Source of the DNA: an uncultured Candidatus Binatia bacterium
GTDB taxonomy: Bacteria; Desulfobacterota; Binatia; UBA9968; JAJDTQ01
Direction of reading: 5' to 3'
Assembly: GCA_965215605.1 (NCBI GenBank)
Contig: OZ244070.1
Coordinates: 224,001 to 288,000, forward strand
Length of the DNA: 64,000 nt
Below, in pieces: positions 1-8,409 of the stretch (position 1 is its first letter; each line of letters starts with the position of its first letter). The translations under genes were made by a program, and so were the position numbers. The notes under the pieces are model-generated. The model searched no databases. It worked only from the letters and a program-made list of their open reading frames with translations, and was not told the DNA's origin.

Positions 1-1
1 C

Positions 2-439
2 GCCGAGAACCTGCTCTTCTACGAGGACCCCGACTACGGCTTCGCCGTCAACGGCCTGACCAAGGGCGCGTCCCGCCAGGGTGTGCGCGCGCGCATCCAC
101 GATCACGCGCACATCTACACCCTCTACGGCGTCCTGGACGGCCACGAACGCATCGAACGGTATGACCGGCTCGACGACCGCTCGAAACCCGATTACGCCG
201 AAATCCGGCTGGCCAGCGACAAGCAGGTGGGGCCGGGGGAGATCGACTTGGTCCGGCCCTACGAGGTGCACACGGAGAATACCGTGGGCGAGCGGACCGT
301 GGCCGTCATCATCCGGAGCCAGAAAGGCGGCAGCTTCAACCAGGGCCGCTACAAGCCCGAGACCAACGAGTACTACGAGAGCCTCGGCCCGCGTCAGACG
401 CCGGTGGAGATGCTTCCCGCAAGAACCGCCGGCGCGTGA
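2..439 (+). CDS. 5'-truncated cupin protein, thiol (cysteine/3-mercaptopropionate) dioxygenase-like
   Basis: Frame is open from the window edge (AENLLFYEDPDYGFAVNGL...IHDHAHIYTLYGVLDGHERIERY...EVHTE). HDH plus a distal His resembles cysteine-dioxygenase-type cupins. Confidence 0.55.
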   Translation, partial: AENLLFYEDPDYGFAVNGLTKGASRQGVRARIHDHAHIYTLYGVLDGHERIERYDRLDDRSKPDYAEIRLASDKQVGPGEIDLVRPYEVHTENTVGERTVAVIIRSQKGGSFNQGRYKPETNEYYESLGPRQTPVEMLPARTAGA

Positions 440-442
440 CGC

Positions 443-2194
443 ATGGACGCCATCAAGCTCGAGGTCATCTACAACGCCACCAACCAGATCGCGTACGAGC
501 TGACGCAGAAGCTCATGCGCAACGGCTACTCGTCCATCGTCAAGGAGAGCCAGGACCTGGCCCTGAGCATCTGCGACAGTCAGGGACGGAACGTCGGACA
601 ATACTCGCCCAACCCGGTGGGACTGGGGGTGGTGGGTTCCCAGCTCAAGGGTATCCTGCAGGACTTCACCGGGGCCATCGGCGAGGGCGACACCTTCATC
701 CTGAACCACCCCTACCGCTACTGCCAGAACCACCCCAGCGACGTCACGCTCATTTCTCCGGTGTTCCACGACGGGCGGCTCGTCGCTTTCGTCGGCAACA
801 CGGCCCACAAGCCGGACATCGGCGGCAAGGTGCCCGGCACCAACGCCGGCGACGCCACCGAGGTGTTCCAGGAGGGGCTGCTGATACCGCCCATCAAGCT
901 CTACGCGGAGGGTATCCTCAACGAGGCGGTGAAAGAGCTTATATGTGCCAACACCCGCATCCCGGAAGTCACCTGGGGCGACATCCGCGCGCAGGTGACG
1001 GCGAACCTCCACGGCATCGAGCGGCTCGCCGCGCTGGTGGACCGCTTCGGCCTGGACGACGTGCTCGCCTGCTGGGAGGAGCGCATCGCCATCACCGAGC
1101 GGGAACTGCGCTCGCGCATCGCGGCCATGCCGCCGGGAACCTACGGCCCGGTCACCGACTACATCGACGACGACGGCGTGGAGCTGGACCAGCCCTTGGC
1201 GGTCACGGCAGCGCTGCACGTGCGCGGCGACGAACTGGAGTTCGAGTTCGCCTCCGCCAAACAGTCCCGGGGCCCGCTGAACCTGCGCCCCTGCGTCGTA
1301 CGGGCGGTGGCGGAGTACTGCGTGCAGGCCGCCATCGGACCGGACCTGCCCAAGAACCAGGGCTGCTCCGCGCCCATCCGCATCACCCTCCCCGCCCCCG
1401 GACACCTGCTGAACCCCGAGTTCCCGGCCGCGGTGAACATGTACGCCACCACCTGCCACCGGCTGGCGCCCGTAATCATGATGGTACTGGCCCAGGCCCT
1501 GCCGGACCGGGTGGCCGCGCCCCAGAGCAGCTCCGGCGGCGCGGTTTCCTTCAACGGCCTGGAGCCGGGCGGCGGTCGGCGCTACTCGCAGTACGAGATC
1601 CTGTGGGGAGGCTACGGCGCCCGGCCCGGCAAGGACGGCGTCAGCGGATGCGCCGCCGACATCAGCAACGTGATGAGCACGCCGGTGGAAGCGCTGGAAA
1701 ACGAGTTCCCGGTGCGGATGCAATGCTTTGAGATCAACCCCGATTCCGCCGGGGCGGGAAAGTACCGGGGCGGCCTGGGGATTCGGCGCGCCTGGCAGGT
1801 GCTGAACGACGACGTCACCCTCAACCTGCGGCTGGACCGCTTCAAGTTTTCCTCGCCGGGCCTGTTCGGCGCCCGCCCCAGCGCCCCGGCGCGCTGCACC
1901 CTCAATCCCGGCACCCCGGACGCGCGCCCGCTCCACTCCAAGGCCGCCAACATCCGGCTGGCCAAGGGTGACACCCTGTTGCTGGAGTTGGGCGGCGGCG
2001 GCGGCTGGGGCGATCCCATGACGCGGGAGCCGGAGCACGTGCTGGACGACGTGCGCAACGGTTACGTATCGCCGGAAACGGCGCGGGACGTGTACGGCGT
2101 CGTCATCGACCCCGCCACCCTGACCGTCGACACGGCGGCCACGGAACGGCAACGCGAGGAAACAGGCGGTCGCCTTGCTGCGCATAGGGATTGA
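443..2194 (+). CDS. hydantoinase B/oxoprolinase family protein
   Basis: SSIVKESQD, NHPY...HPSD, HKPDIGG, FQEGL, GKYRGGLG and GGGGGWGDP motifs. Confidence 0.92.
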   Translation: MDAIKLEVIYNATNQIAYELTQKLMRNGYSSIVKESQDLALSICDSQGRNVGQYSPNPVGLGVVGSQLKGILQDFTGAIGEGDTFILNHPYRYCQNHPSDVTLISPVFHDGRLVAFVGNTAHKPDIGGKVPGTNAGDATEVFQEGLLIPPIKLYAEGILNEAVKELICANTRIPEVTWGDIRAQVTANLHGIERLAALVDRFGLDDVLACWEERIAITERELRSRIAAMPPGTYGPVTDYIDDDGVELDQPLAVTAALHVRGDELEFEFASAKQSRGPLNLRPCVVRAVAEYCVQAAIGPDLPKNQGCSAPIRITLPAPGHLLNPEFPAAVNMYATTCHRLAPVIMMVLAQALPDRVAAPQSSSGGAVSFNGLEPGGGRRYSQYEILWGGYGARPGKDGVSGCAADISNVMSTPVEALENEFPVRMQCFEINPDSAGAGKYRGGLGIRRAWQVLNDDVTLNLRLDRFKFSSPGLFGARPSAPARCTLNPGTPDARPLHSKAANIRLAKGDTLLLELGGGGGWGDPMTREPEHVLDDVRNGYVSPETARDVYGVVIDPATLTVDTAATERQREETGGRLAAHRD

Positions 2195-4199
2195 CACCGG
2201 CGGCACGTTCACCGACCTGAGCGTGTTCGACGAAGACGACGGACGGGTCTGCTTCACCTGGAAGCTGCCCTCGCAACCGCGGAATCCCACCGAAGCCATC
2301 GTGGCGGGGCTCCGCGAGATCGCCGCCCGGCTGCCGGAGAAGGCTCGTTACGTCCTCCACGGCACCACCATCGGCCTCAACACGCTGCTGGAAGGCCGCG
2401 AGCCGGCGCCGGGCCTCCTGGTCACCGAAGGGTTCCGCGACATCCTGGAGCTGGACCGGCAATGGCGCGGCGAGCAGGTATACAACCTGCTGTTCGACCG
2501 CCCGCGGCAACTCGTGCCCCGGCACCTGGTGCGCCCGGTGCGGGAACGCGTGGACTCCCGCGGCCGGGAGGTGCTGCCCCTGGATGTCGAGCAAGCCCGA
2601 GCCGGCGTGAAGGAGCTTCTGGACGCGGGGGTGCGGTCGGTGGCCGTGAGCCTGCTCTTCTCCTTCGCCGACCCCGGGCACGAAAGGCAGCTCCGGGCGA
2701 TCCTCGAAGAGCTGGCCCCGGACGTCTACGTGACCTTGTCGTCCGAGGTGGACCCGCAGTTCCGGGAGTTCGAGCGCACCAGCACCGCGGTGGTCAACGC
2801 GTTCATCGGCCCCCGGGTCAGCAGTTACGTGGGCACCATCGAAGCCGCCATCGCCGACGTGCTAGAAGGCGCCCGGGTGCTGATCATGCAATCCAACGGG
2901 GGCGTGGCCACGCCCCCGGTCATCGCCCGGGCGCCGGTGCAGACACTCATGTCAGGGCCGGTGGCCGGGGTGGTGGGGACCCAGCGGCTGTGCCGGGAGA
3001 TGGGCCGCGCCAACGCCATCTCCCTGGACATCGGCGGCACGAGCTGCGACATGTCGGTGATCCCCGGTGAGCTTCTGACCGCGCCCCAGAGCAAGGTGGC
3101 GGGCTACACCGTGCGGGCCGCCACCGTCGACATCGAAACCATCGGCAGCGGCGGCGGCAGCATCGCCCGTGTGGAGTCCGGCCGCATCCTCAAGGTCGGG
3201 CCGCAGAGTGCCGGCGCGGTGCCCGGCCCCGCGTGTTACGGCGCCGGCGACCAGCCCACCCTGACCGACGCCCTGGTGGTGCTGGGACACCTGAACCACG
3301 AGGCGCTGCTGAACGGCGCCATGCCCATCAAGGCCGCCGCCGCCCGCAACGCCATTGCCGGCGCCATCGCCAAGCCGCTGGAAATGACGCCCGAGCGGGC
3401 CGCCGCCGGCATCGTCGAGGTGCTGGCCGCCCAGGTGGCCATGTCCATGCGTTCGGTCACCATCGAGAAGGGCTACGACCCCAGGGACTTCATCCTGGTG
3501 GCCTACGGCGGCGCCGGACCCACGGTGGCCTGCCCCATCGCCCGGGAGTTGGAGATCCCGGAGATCTGCATCCCGCGGGACCCGGGCAACTTCTGCGCCG
3601 CCGGCATGCTGCTCACGGACCTGATCCGAAGCCACTCCATCACCCGCATCGGCGCGCTGGACAAGACCCCGGAGAGCGCCATCCGCGAAGCGCTGAAGGA
3701 ACTCCGCGACAGGGGCGTCCGGGAACTTGAGGAGCAAGGCGTGAGCCCGGACCGCATCGAAACCGAATACTTCCTCGACATGCGCTATCCCGGGCAATCC
3801 TATGAAGTCACGGTGCCGGCGAAGGAAACCCGCAAGGAGGATCTCACCCGGCTCTTCCACGAGGCCCACGGGCGGCTGTACGGCCACACCGCGGAGGATG
3901 AGTCCCTGGAGATCGTCACCTACCGCGCGCGTTGCACCGGACGCCTGCCCAACATGACCTTCGCCGCCGCACCCTCGGCCAACAGCGCGGCGCAGCCCGA
4001 GAGCCGACGGTCCGCGCTCTTCCCGGGCGCTGACGCTCCGTTGGAGGCGCCCGTCTACCGCCGGGCCGACCTCGCCCACGGCTTCCGCATCCCCGGCCCG
4101 GCCATCGTCGAGGAATACACCTCCACCACCGTCGTCTACCCCTCCTTCGAGCTGTCCGTGGACGGCCGCGGGAATCTCAGGCTGCAGAGCGCCGCGTAG
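2175..4199 (+). CDS. hydantoinase A/oxoprolinase family protein
   Basis: IGIDTGGTFTD, HGTT, EFERTST, SGPVAG, DIGGTS, GPQSAGAVPGPACY, YGGAG motifs; overlaps the upstream B subunit. Confidence 0.92.
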   Translation: MLRIGIDTGGTFTDLSVFDEDDGRVCFTWKLPSQPRNPTEAIVAGLREIAARLPEKARYVLHGTTIGLNTLLEGREPAPGLLVTEGFRDILELDRQWRGEQVYNLLFDRPRQLVPRHLVRPVRERVDSRGREVLPLDVEQARAGVKELLDAGVRSVAVSLLFSFADPGHERQLRAILEELAPDVYVTLSSEVDPQFREFERTSTAVVNAFIGPRVSSYVGTIEAAIADVLEGARVLIMQSNGGVATPPVIARAPVQTLMSGPVAGVVGTQRLCREMGRANAISLDIGGTSCDMSVIPGELLTAPQSKVAGYTVRAATVDIETIGSGGGSIARVESGRILKVGPQSAGAVPGPACYGAGDQPTLTDALVVLGHLNHEALLNGAMPIKAAAARNAIAGAIAKPLEMTPERAAAGIVEVLAAQVAMSMRSVTIEKGYDPRDFILVAYGGAGPTVACPIARELEIPEICIPRDPGNFCAAGMLLTDLIRSHSITRIGALDKTPESAIREALKELRDRGVRELEEQGVSPDRIETEYFLDMRYPGQSYEVTVPAKETRKEDLTRLFHEAHGRLYGHTAEDESLEIVTYRARCTGRLPNMTFAAAPSANSAAQPESRRSALFPGADAPLEAPVYRRADLAHGFRIPGPAIVEEYTSTTVVYPSFELSVDGRGNLRLQSAA

Positions 4200-4205
4200 A
4201 CAGCG

Positions 4206-4460
4206 TCAATAGTGATAGCGGCACTGGGCGATCATCACCGACTCGCTTTCCACCTTGTAGACGAGCCGGTGCTCATCGTTGATGCGGCGCGACCAGTAGC
4301 CGGCCAGGCCATGTTTCAGGGGTTCGGGTTTACCGATGCCTTCAAACGGTGAGCGGAGAATCTCCCGGATCAGCAGGTTGGCCCGGTTGAGCAATTTTCG
4401 GTCCGTCTTCTGCCAGTGGAGGTAATCGTCCCACGCGTCCTGGGAGAATATCAACCTCAC
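4206..4460 (-). CDS. yoeB: Txe/YoeB family toxin
   Basis: 84 aa, AWDDYLHWQ...GIGKPEPLKH...WSRRINDEHRLVY...CRYHY; 4-bp overlap with the antitoxin. Confidence 0.95.
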   Translation of the reverse strand: MRLIFSQDAWDDYLHWQKTDRKLLNRANLLIREILRSPFEGIGKPEPLKHGLAGYWSRRINDEHRLVYKVESESVMIAQCRYHY

Positions 4461-4708
4461 TCGATGAGTTCTCTCGCCGTGCCCCCAACGGATTCGAGCT
4501 CGGCGATGGACTTCAGAAGACGCCGCGCGTTTCTCGGGCCGTGGAGAAGGTAGGCGGTTTCCTCCAACGCATGATAGTCCTCCAAGGACATCATCACCAC
4601 GGATCGGTTGTTATTTCGAGTGATGACCACCGGCGCATGGTCGTCGCAGACCTTCTCCATGGTCTTGGCGAGCCGTGCCCTGGCGTCAGAGTATGCGATC
4701 GTATCCAT
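4457..4708 (-). CDS. yefM: Phd/YefM antitoxin
   Basis: 83 aa, YSDARARLAKTMEKVCDDHAPVVITR...MSLEDYHALEETAYLL. Confidence 0.95.
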   Translation of the reverse strand: MDTIAYSDARARLAKTMEKVCDDHAPVVITRNNNRSVVMMSLEDYHALEETAYLLHGPRNARRLLKSIAELESVGGTARELIE

Positions 4709-4723
4709 GGCGCCCCTTCAGTA

Positions 4724-4745
4724 AATTGTACAGTAAATAGTACAA
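4724..4745 (-). promoter_or_regulatory. yefM-yoeB operator / -10 region
   Basis: Inverted repeat TTGTAC-N8-GTACAA (4726-4745) containing the TGTACA core known from YefM operators; minus strand reads TACAAT (-10-like) just upstream of the RBS. Confidence 0.7.
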
Positions 4746-4798
4746 CCATCACGTGCCGGTCGCAAGCAAGGGCGGCAGACCACCCGTGTGCCCCGGCA

Positions 4799-5356
4799 TC
4801 AGTTGAACTGGATCATGTCGAGCCGGGTGAACTTCATGCGGTCGGCGGCGCCGGCGGGGATGACGCTGAGCTGGTGGATGGCGTACTCGTGCTCGTAGGT
4901 GCTCTTGGCGTTGACGCCGTCCAGCGGGATGATGACGTTGTAGCGGTGAACGCGCGCGGCGGCGGTGGCGGTGTAGAGCACGGCGACGTTGGTGAGGGAG
5001 CCGGTCACGATGAGGTTCTCGGCGCCGGCGCCGCTGAGGATCGCCCGGAGCTCGCCGCCGGCGAACTTGTCGAAGGCGTCGGGATAGAGCACGGGCTCGG
5101 TTTCCCGGCGCTTGAGGGGCGCCGCCGCCTCGCCCAAGGGCGTGCCCCTGAATTGCAGCGAGATGGTGAACACCACGGGGACGGAGGCCTCCCGGACCCG
5201 CTCCAGGAAACCGCCCAGCGGCTCCATCAACTGCGAGCAGACATCCTCCGGGTCCTGGCACCGTGCGTTCAGGTCGAGCACCACCACGGCGGTCTTGGCC
5301 GCGTCGAGCGAGACGGGTTTCGGTTCGGGCCGGTTGGGGCCGGTGATTTCGGTCAT
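4799..5356 (-). CDS. isochorismatase/cysteine hydrolase superfamily protein
   Basis: TAVVVLDL, VPVVFT, LIVTGSLTNVAVLYTA, VIIPLDG motifs; start placed at MTEITG after an AGGAAAG RBS. Confidence 0.8.
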   Translation of the reverse strand: MTEITGPNRPEPKPVSLDAAKTAVVVLDLNARCQDPEDVCSQLMEPLGGFLERVREASVPVVFTISLQFRGTPLGEAAAPLKRRETEPVLYPDAFDKFAGGELRAILSGAGAENLIVTGSLTNVAVLYTATAAARVHRYNVIIPLDGVNAKSTYEHEYAIHQLSVIPAGAADRMKFTRLDMIQFN

Positions 5357-5405
5357 GGGTTTCCTTTCCTCGATTCGTGTGACGCCCTCTACCCCTCTGT
5401 CCCGG

Positions 5406-7253
5406 CTAATCCGCGACCCGGCGTTGGCGCAGCCGCTCACGCAACCCGTGGGTCGCGGCCTCGTCGACCTTCAAGGTCCCCTCTTCCATCACCACGCCGT
5501 AGATCTCCTCGGCAACGCCCGTGGACACCCGCTCGTTCAACACGCTCTCCGCCACCGTTTCCGGGTCCCGGTCCAGCGGGTCGCCGTAGCCGCCGCCGCT
5601 CCCCAGCCGCAGGTAGAGCACGTCATCCTTGCCGATCTCGAACTCGCAGTAGGGCAGCAGCCGCCTCTCGCCTTCCAGAACGGGGATGTCGTCGATGCAC
5701 CGGTGAGCGGCCAGCAACTCGTTGACGCGCGTCCCTTCGAGCAACACCAACAGGCTCGGTGCGCCGGGGTAGCCGCCGAACATGCCCACGCCGGAGTTCC
5801 TCAGGCCTGCCACCCCGAAGGCCACGCCGCGGATCTTGTCCTCCGGTGCGTCGTGAAGCTTCACGGTGGCTTCCACTCCCACGCCGCCGGCGAACCTGCC
5901 GGCGCCGCCGCCGTCCTTCAGGTGGCGGCGGAAGAGGTACATGAGCGGGAAGTTCAGCTCGAGCCACTCGACGTTGTGGCACGTGAGGTAGCCGCCGGAA
6001 TCGATGCCGTCGCCGTGGGGGCTGGCGCCGGAGCCGCTCAACTCCAGCAGCGTGGAGACGTAGAAACGGCCGTACTGGTTGGCGCCGGCGTGGCGCACGA
6101 CGCGGAACCCCAGGGTCAGGGCCGTGACCTCGTCCTTCCAGCTCTCGCTGCCCGCGAGCATCTGGGCCAGCACCGAGGCGGACACGTAGGAGACCGTCTT
6201 GAGCCCCGAGGTGGTGTTCATGGACACGGGCCCGGGATACTGCACGTTCACAACGGTGCCCTCCGGCGCGATGACCTCGATGGGGCCGAAGGCGCCGTAG
6301 TTCTTGGGAAGGTCATAGCCCAGCGCGGTGAGCACCGCCTCGAAGACCCCGCCGAAGGTGGCGTGGTACGGCAGGTTGATGCCCTGGCGCGCCTGCGTGT
6401 CGCTGCCGGTGAAGTCGAAAGTCATGCGGTCGCCGCGCTTGCGCAGCTCGACGCACACCCGGCGGGTCTCGTTGGCGACGATGGTGCCCTCGTCGCGCCA
6501 GGTGCCGTCTGGTATCTCCCGGAGACGCTTCCCCAGGACATCCCGGGAGTAGCGGATCATTTCGGCGGACACCGCGGTGATGAGATCCGGGCCGTACTGC
6601 GCGAACATCTCCTCCATGCGCGAGCGGGCAACGTTGTTGGCCGCCAGCTCGCACTTGAGGTCCAGTCCCACCAGCACCGGCTGCCGGGTCATGTTGATGA
6701 GGGTGTCGAAGACGTCCTGGCGCATCCGGCCCCGCTCCACCAGCTTGAGGCCGGGTATCCTGAGCCCCTCGTGGCAGATCTCGGTGGCGCCGGGCGAGTT
6801 GCCGCCCGGCGACATGGCGCCGATGTCCATGACGTGGACGAAGGTGGCGCTCCAGGCCATCAGCCGGTCCTCATGGTGAATCGGCGCGATCATGTAGATG
6901 TCGGACTGGTGGATGGCGGCGAGATAGGGATCGTTGAGCAGGAAGACGTCGCCGGGATAGATCCCGCCGTTCTCTTCGAAGCGCTCGATGATCCGCTTGA
7001 CCGCGAACCCGGCGCAGGCGGCGTGCCGGATCATCGACTCGCCCACCGACAGCACGTCACCGCTGGCCATGTAGAGGGACGCCATGTAGTCGTGGAGCTG
7101 GGTGGTGTTCACCGTCCCGCCCACGCGCTCCAGGGTGGCGCCCATCTCGCGCGTGATCTCGTGGAGCCGGTGCGAGAGGATCTCGAAGGTGACGGGGTCC
7201 AACTGCCTGCCCGCGGCGTCCGTCGTGTCCCTCGCGTCCATTGTCGCGTCCAT
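5406..7253 (-). CDS. hydantoinase B/oxoprolinase family protein
   Basis: LDPVTFEI, NDPY...HQSD, HVMDIGA, HEGLRIP, GGGYGDPL; start uncertain (7253 or 7241). Confidence 0.9.
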   Translation of the reverse strand: MDATMDARDTTDAAGRQLDPVTFEILSHRLHEITREMGATLERVGGTVNTTQLHDYMASLYMASGDVLSVGESMIRHAACAGFAVKRIIERFEENGGIYPGDVFLLNDPYLAAIHQSDIYMIAPIHHEDRLMAWSATFVHVMDIGAMSPGGNSPGATEICHEGLRIPGLKLVERGRMRQDVFDTLINMTRQPVLVGLDLKCELAANNVARSRMEEMFAQYGPDLITAVSAEMIRYSRDVLGKRLREIPDGTWRDEGTIVANETRRVCVELRKRGDRMTFDFTGSDTQARQGINLPYHATFGGVFEAVLTALGYDLPKNYGAFGPIEVIAPEGTVVNVQYPGPVSMNTTSGLKTVSYVSASVLAQMLAGSESWKDEVTALTLGFRVVRHAGANQYGRFYVSTLLELSGSGASPHGDGIDSGGYLTCHNVEWLELNFPLMYLFRRHLKDGGGAGRFAGGVGVEATVKLHDAPEDKIRGVAFGVAGLRNSGVGMFGGYPGAPSLLVLLEGTRVNELLAAHRCIDDIPVLEGERRLLPYCEFEIGKDDVLYLRLGSGGGYGDPLDRDPETVAESVLNERVSTGVAEEIYGVVMEEGTLKVDEAATHGLRERLRQRRVAD

Positions 7254-7377
7254 TGGATTCCCGGGCGTCCGATTCCCCTTGCCCGGTATTTCCGGGCCGT
7301 TGACCCCCGCCTCCCCGTTCTGTAACACTCGAACCATTGAACGGTCGCACAGAGGAAAGGGCCGCGAGGGGCATTCG

Positions 7378-8409
7378 ATGGATTTCGAATTTCATTACTA
7401 TATGACTTACCTGATCGCCGCCAGAGCGGGCTTCGATCCTGACAACGCCCGTTTGCTGGCCCATTCCTCGCAGTTCATCGACGACAACGACATGGTCTTC
7501 GAGATCGACAAGGGAAAGAGCTCCGCGTACGGCAACTACATCAGTCAGACCATGAACATCCTCAAGCCGAAGCGGGAGCTGTTTCGCATCTACCCGCTCT
7601 TCCACTTCATTCCCGGAGACCCCAAGGCCAGGACCGCGTGGCGCAAGGACGGCAAGATGCACTGGCTGTGCACGACACCCGACAGCCGGAACGCGAACGC
7701 CATCATGGACGATGCGCTCAGGTCGAGGAACGTCTATCGGATCGGGATCGCGGCCCACGGATACGCCGACACCTGGGCGCATCAGAACTTCACCGGCTAC
7801 TACGAGGATTTCAACGCCATGAACACGGGCCTCGGCCTCATCACCCCCAACATCGGACACGCGGACGCCGGGCACAACCCGGATTGGCCCGCCCTGCGCT
7901 GGCGCGATCCGCGGCTGTTGAGCGAGGCGGTGGACAACAAGGCGCGTTTCCTGGCCGCGGCGCGGCGCCTGTACGAAAAATTCGCCGGATTCGTCGACCC
8001 CAGGATATCCGACGCGGTTCTCAAGCGGACGCAGCGCGCGCTGTCACGCGATCTCGCGAAGGCCATCGGCGGGCGGGACCAAACGAACGGCCACTCTTCG
8101 ACACGCGTGTCGCGCTATCTGGAGTTGGCCAAACGCCCTGACTACGGCGGACGCGACTTGCCCGAGTACGACGAAGACCACTGGTTCGGCGAGGCGGTGA
8201 ACGAAGACGTGCGCGGCCTTCGCGACCGCAACGACAACGTTCTCTTGCGCTTCGACCCGTTGACGGACAGGTACACGTGGAAGTCCGGCCAACGTCACAA
8301 ACTCACCCACTGGTATCGGTTCCAGGAGGCCATCAAGACCCAGCAGGAGCATGCGTGGGCCATCTTGCGACGCTCCAATCTCAGGGGTCTCGCGTTGGGA
8401 AACTGGTGA
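7378..8409 (+). CDS. DUF6765-like protein (putative Zn-dependent phospholipase C/P1-nuclease-like fold)
   Basis: N-terminal MDFEFHYYMTY, SQFIDD, FHF, HGYADTWAHQNF, IGHAD His/Asp-rich motifs; ATG at 7378 after GAGGGG. Confidence 0.55.
   Translation: MDFEFHYYMTYLIAARAGFDPDNARLLAHSSQFIDDNDMVFEIDKGKSSAYGNYISQTMNILKPKRELFRIYPLFHFIPGDPKARTAWRKDGKMHWLCTTPDSRNANAIMDDALRSRNVYRIGIAAHGYADTWAHQNFTGYYEDFNAMNTGLGLITPNIGHADAGHNPDWPALRWRDPRLLSEAVDNKARFLAAARRLYEKFAGFVDPRISDAVLKRTQRALSRDLAKAIGGRDQTNGHSSTRVSRYLELAKRPDYGGRDLPEYDEDHWFGEAVNEDVRGLRDRNDNVLLRFDPLTDRYTWKSGQRHKLTHWYRFQEAIKTQQEHAWAILRRSNLRGLALGNW

Noticed and set aside
437-445. TGA stop of the first gene is in frame with the hydantoinase B ATG, so possible Sec read-through given selC
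   Set aside because: Both proteins look complete as separate families, the TGA is in a non-catalytic tail, and no SECIS-like hairpin is evident.
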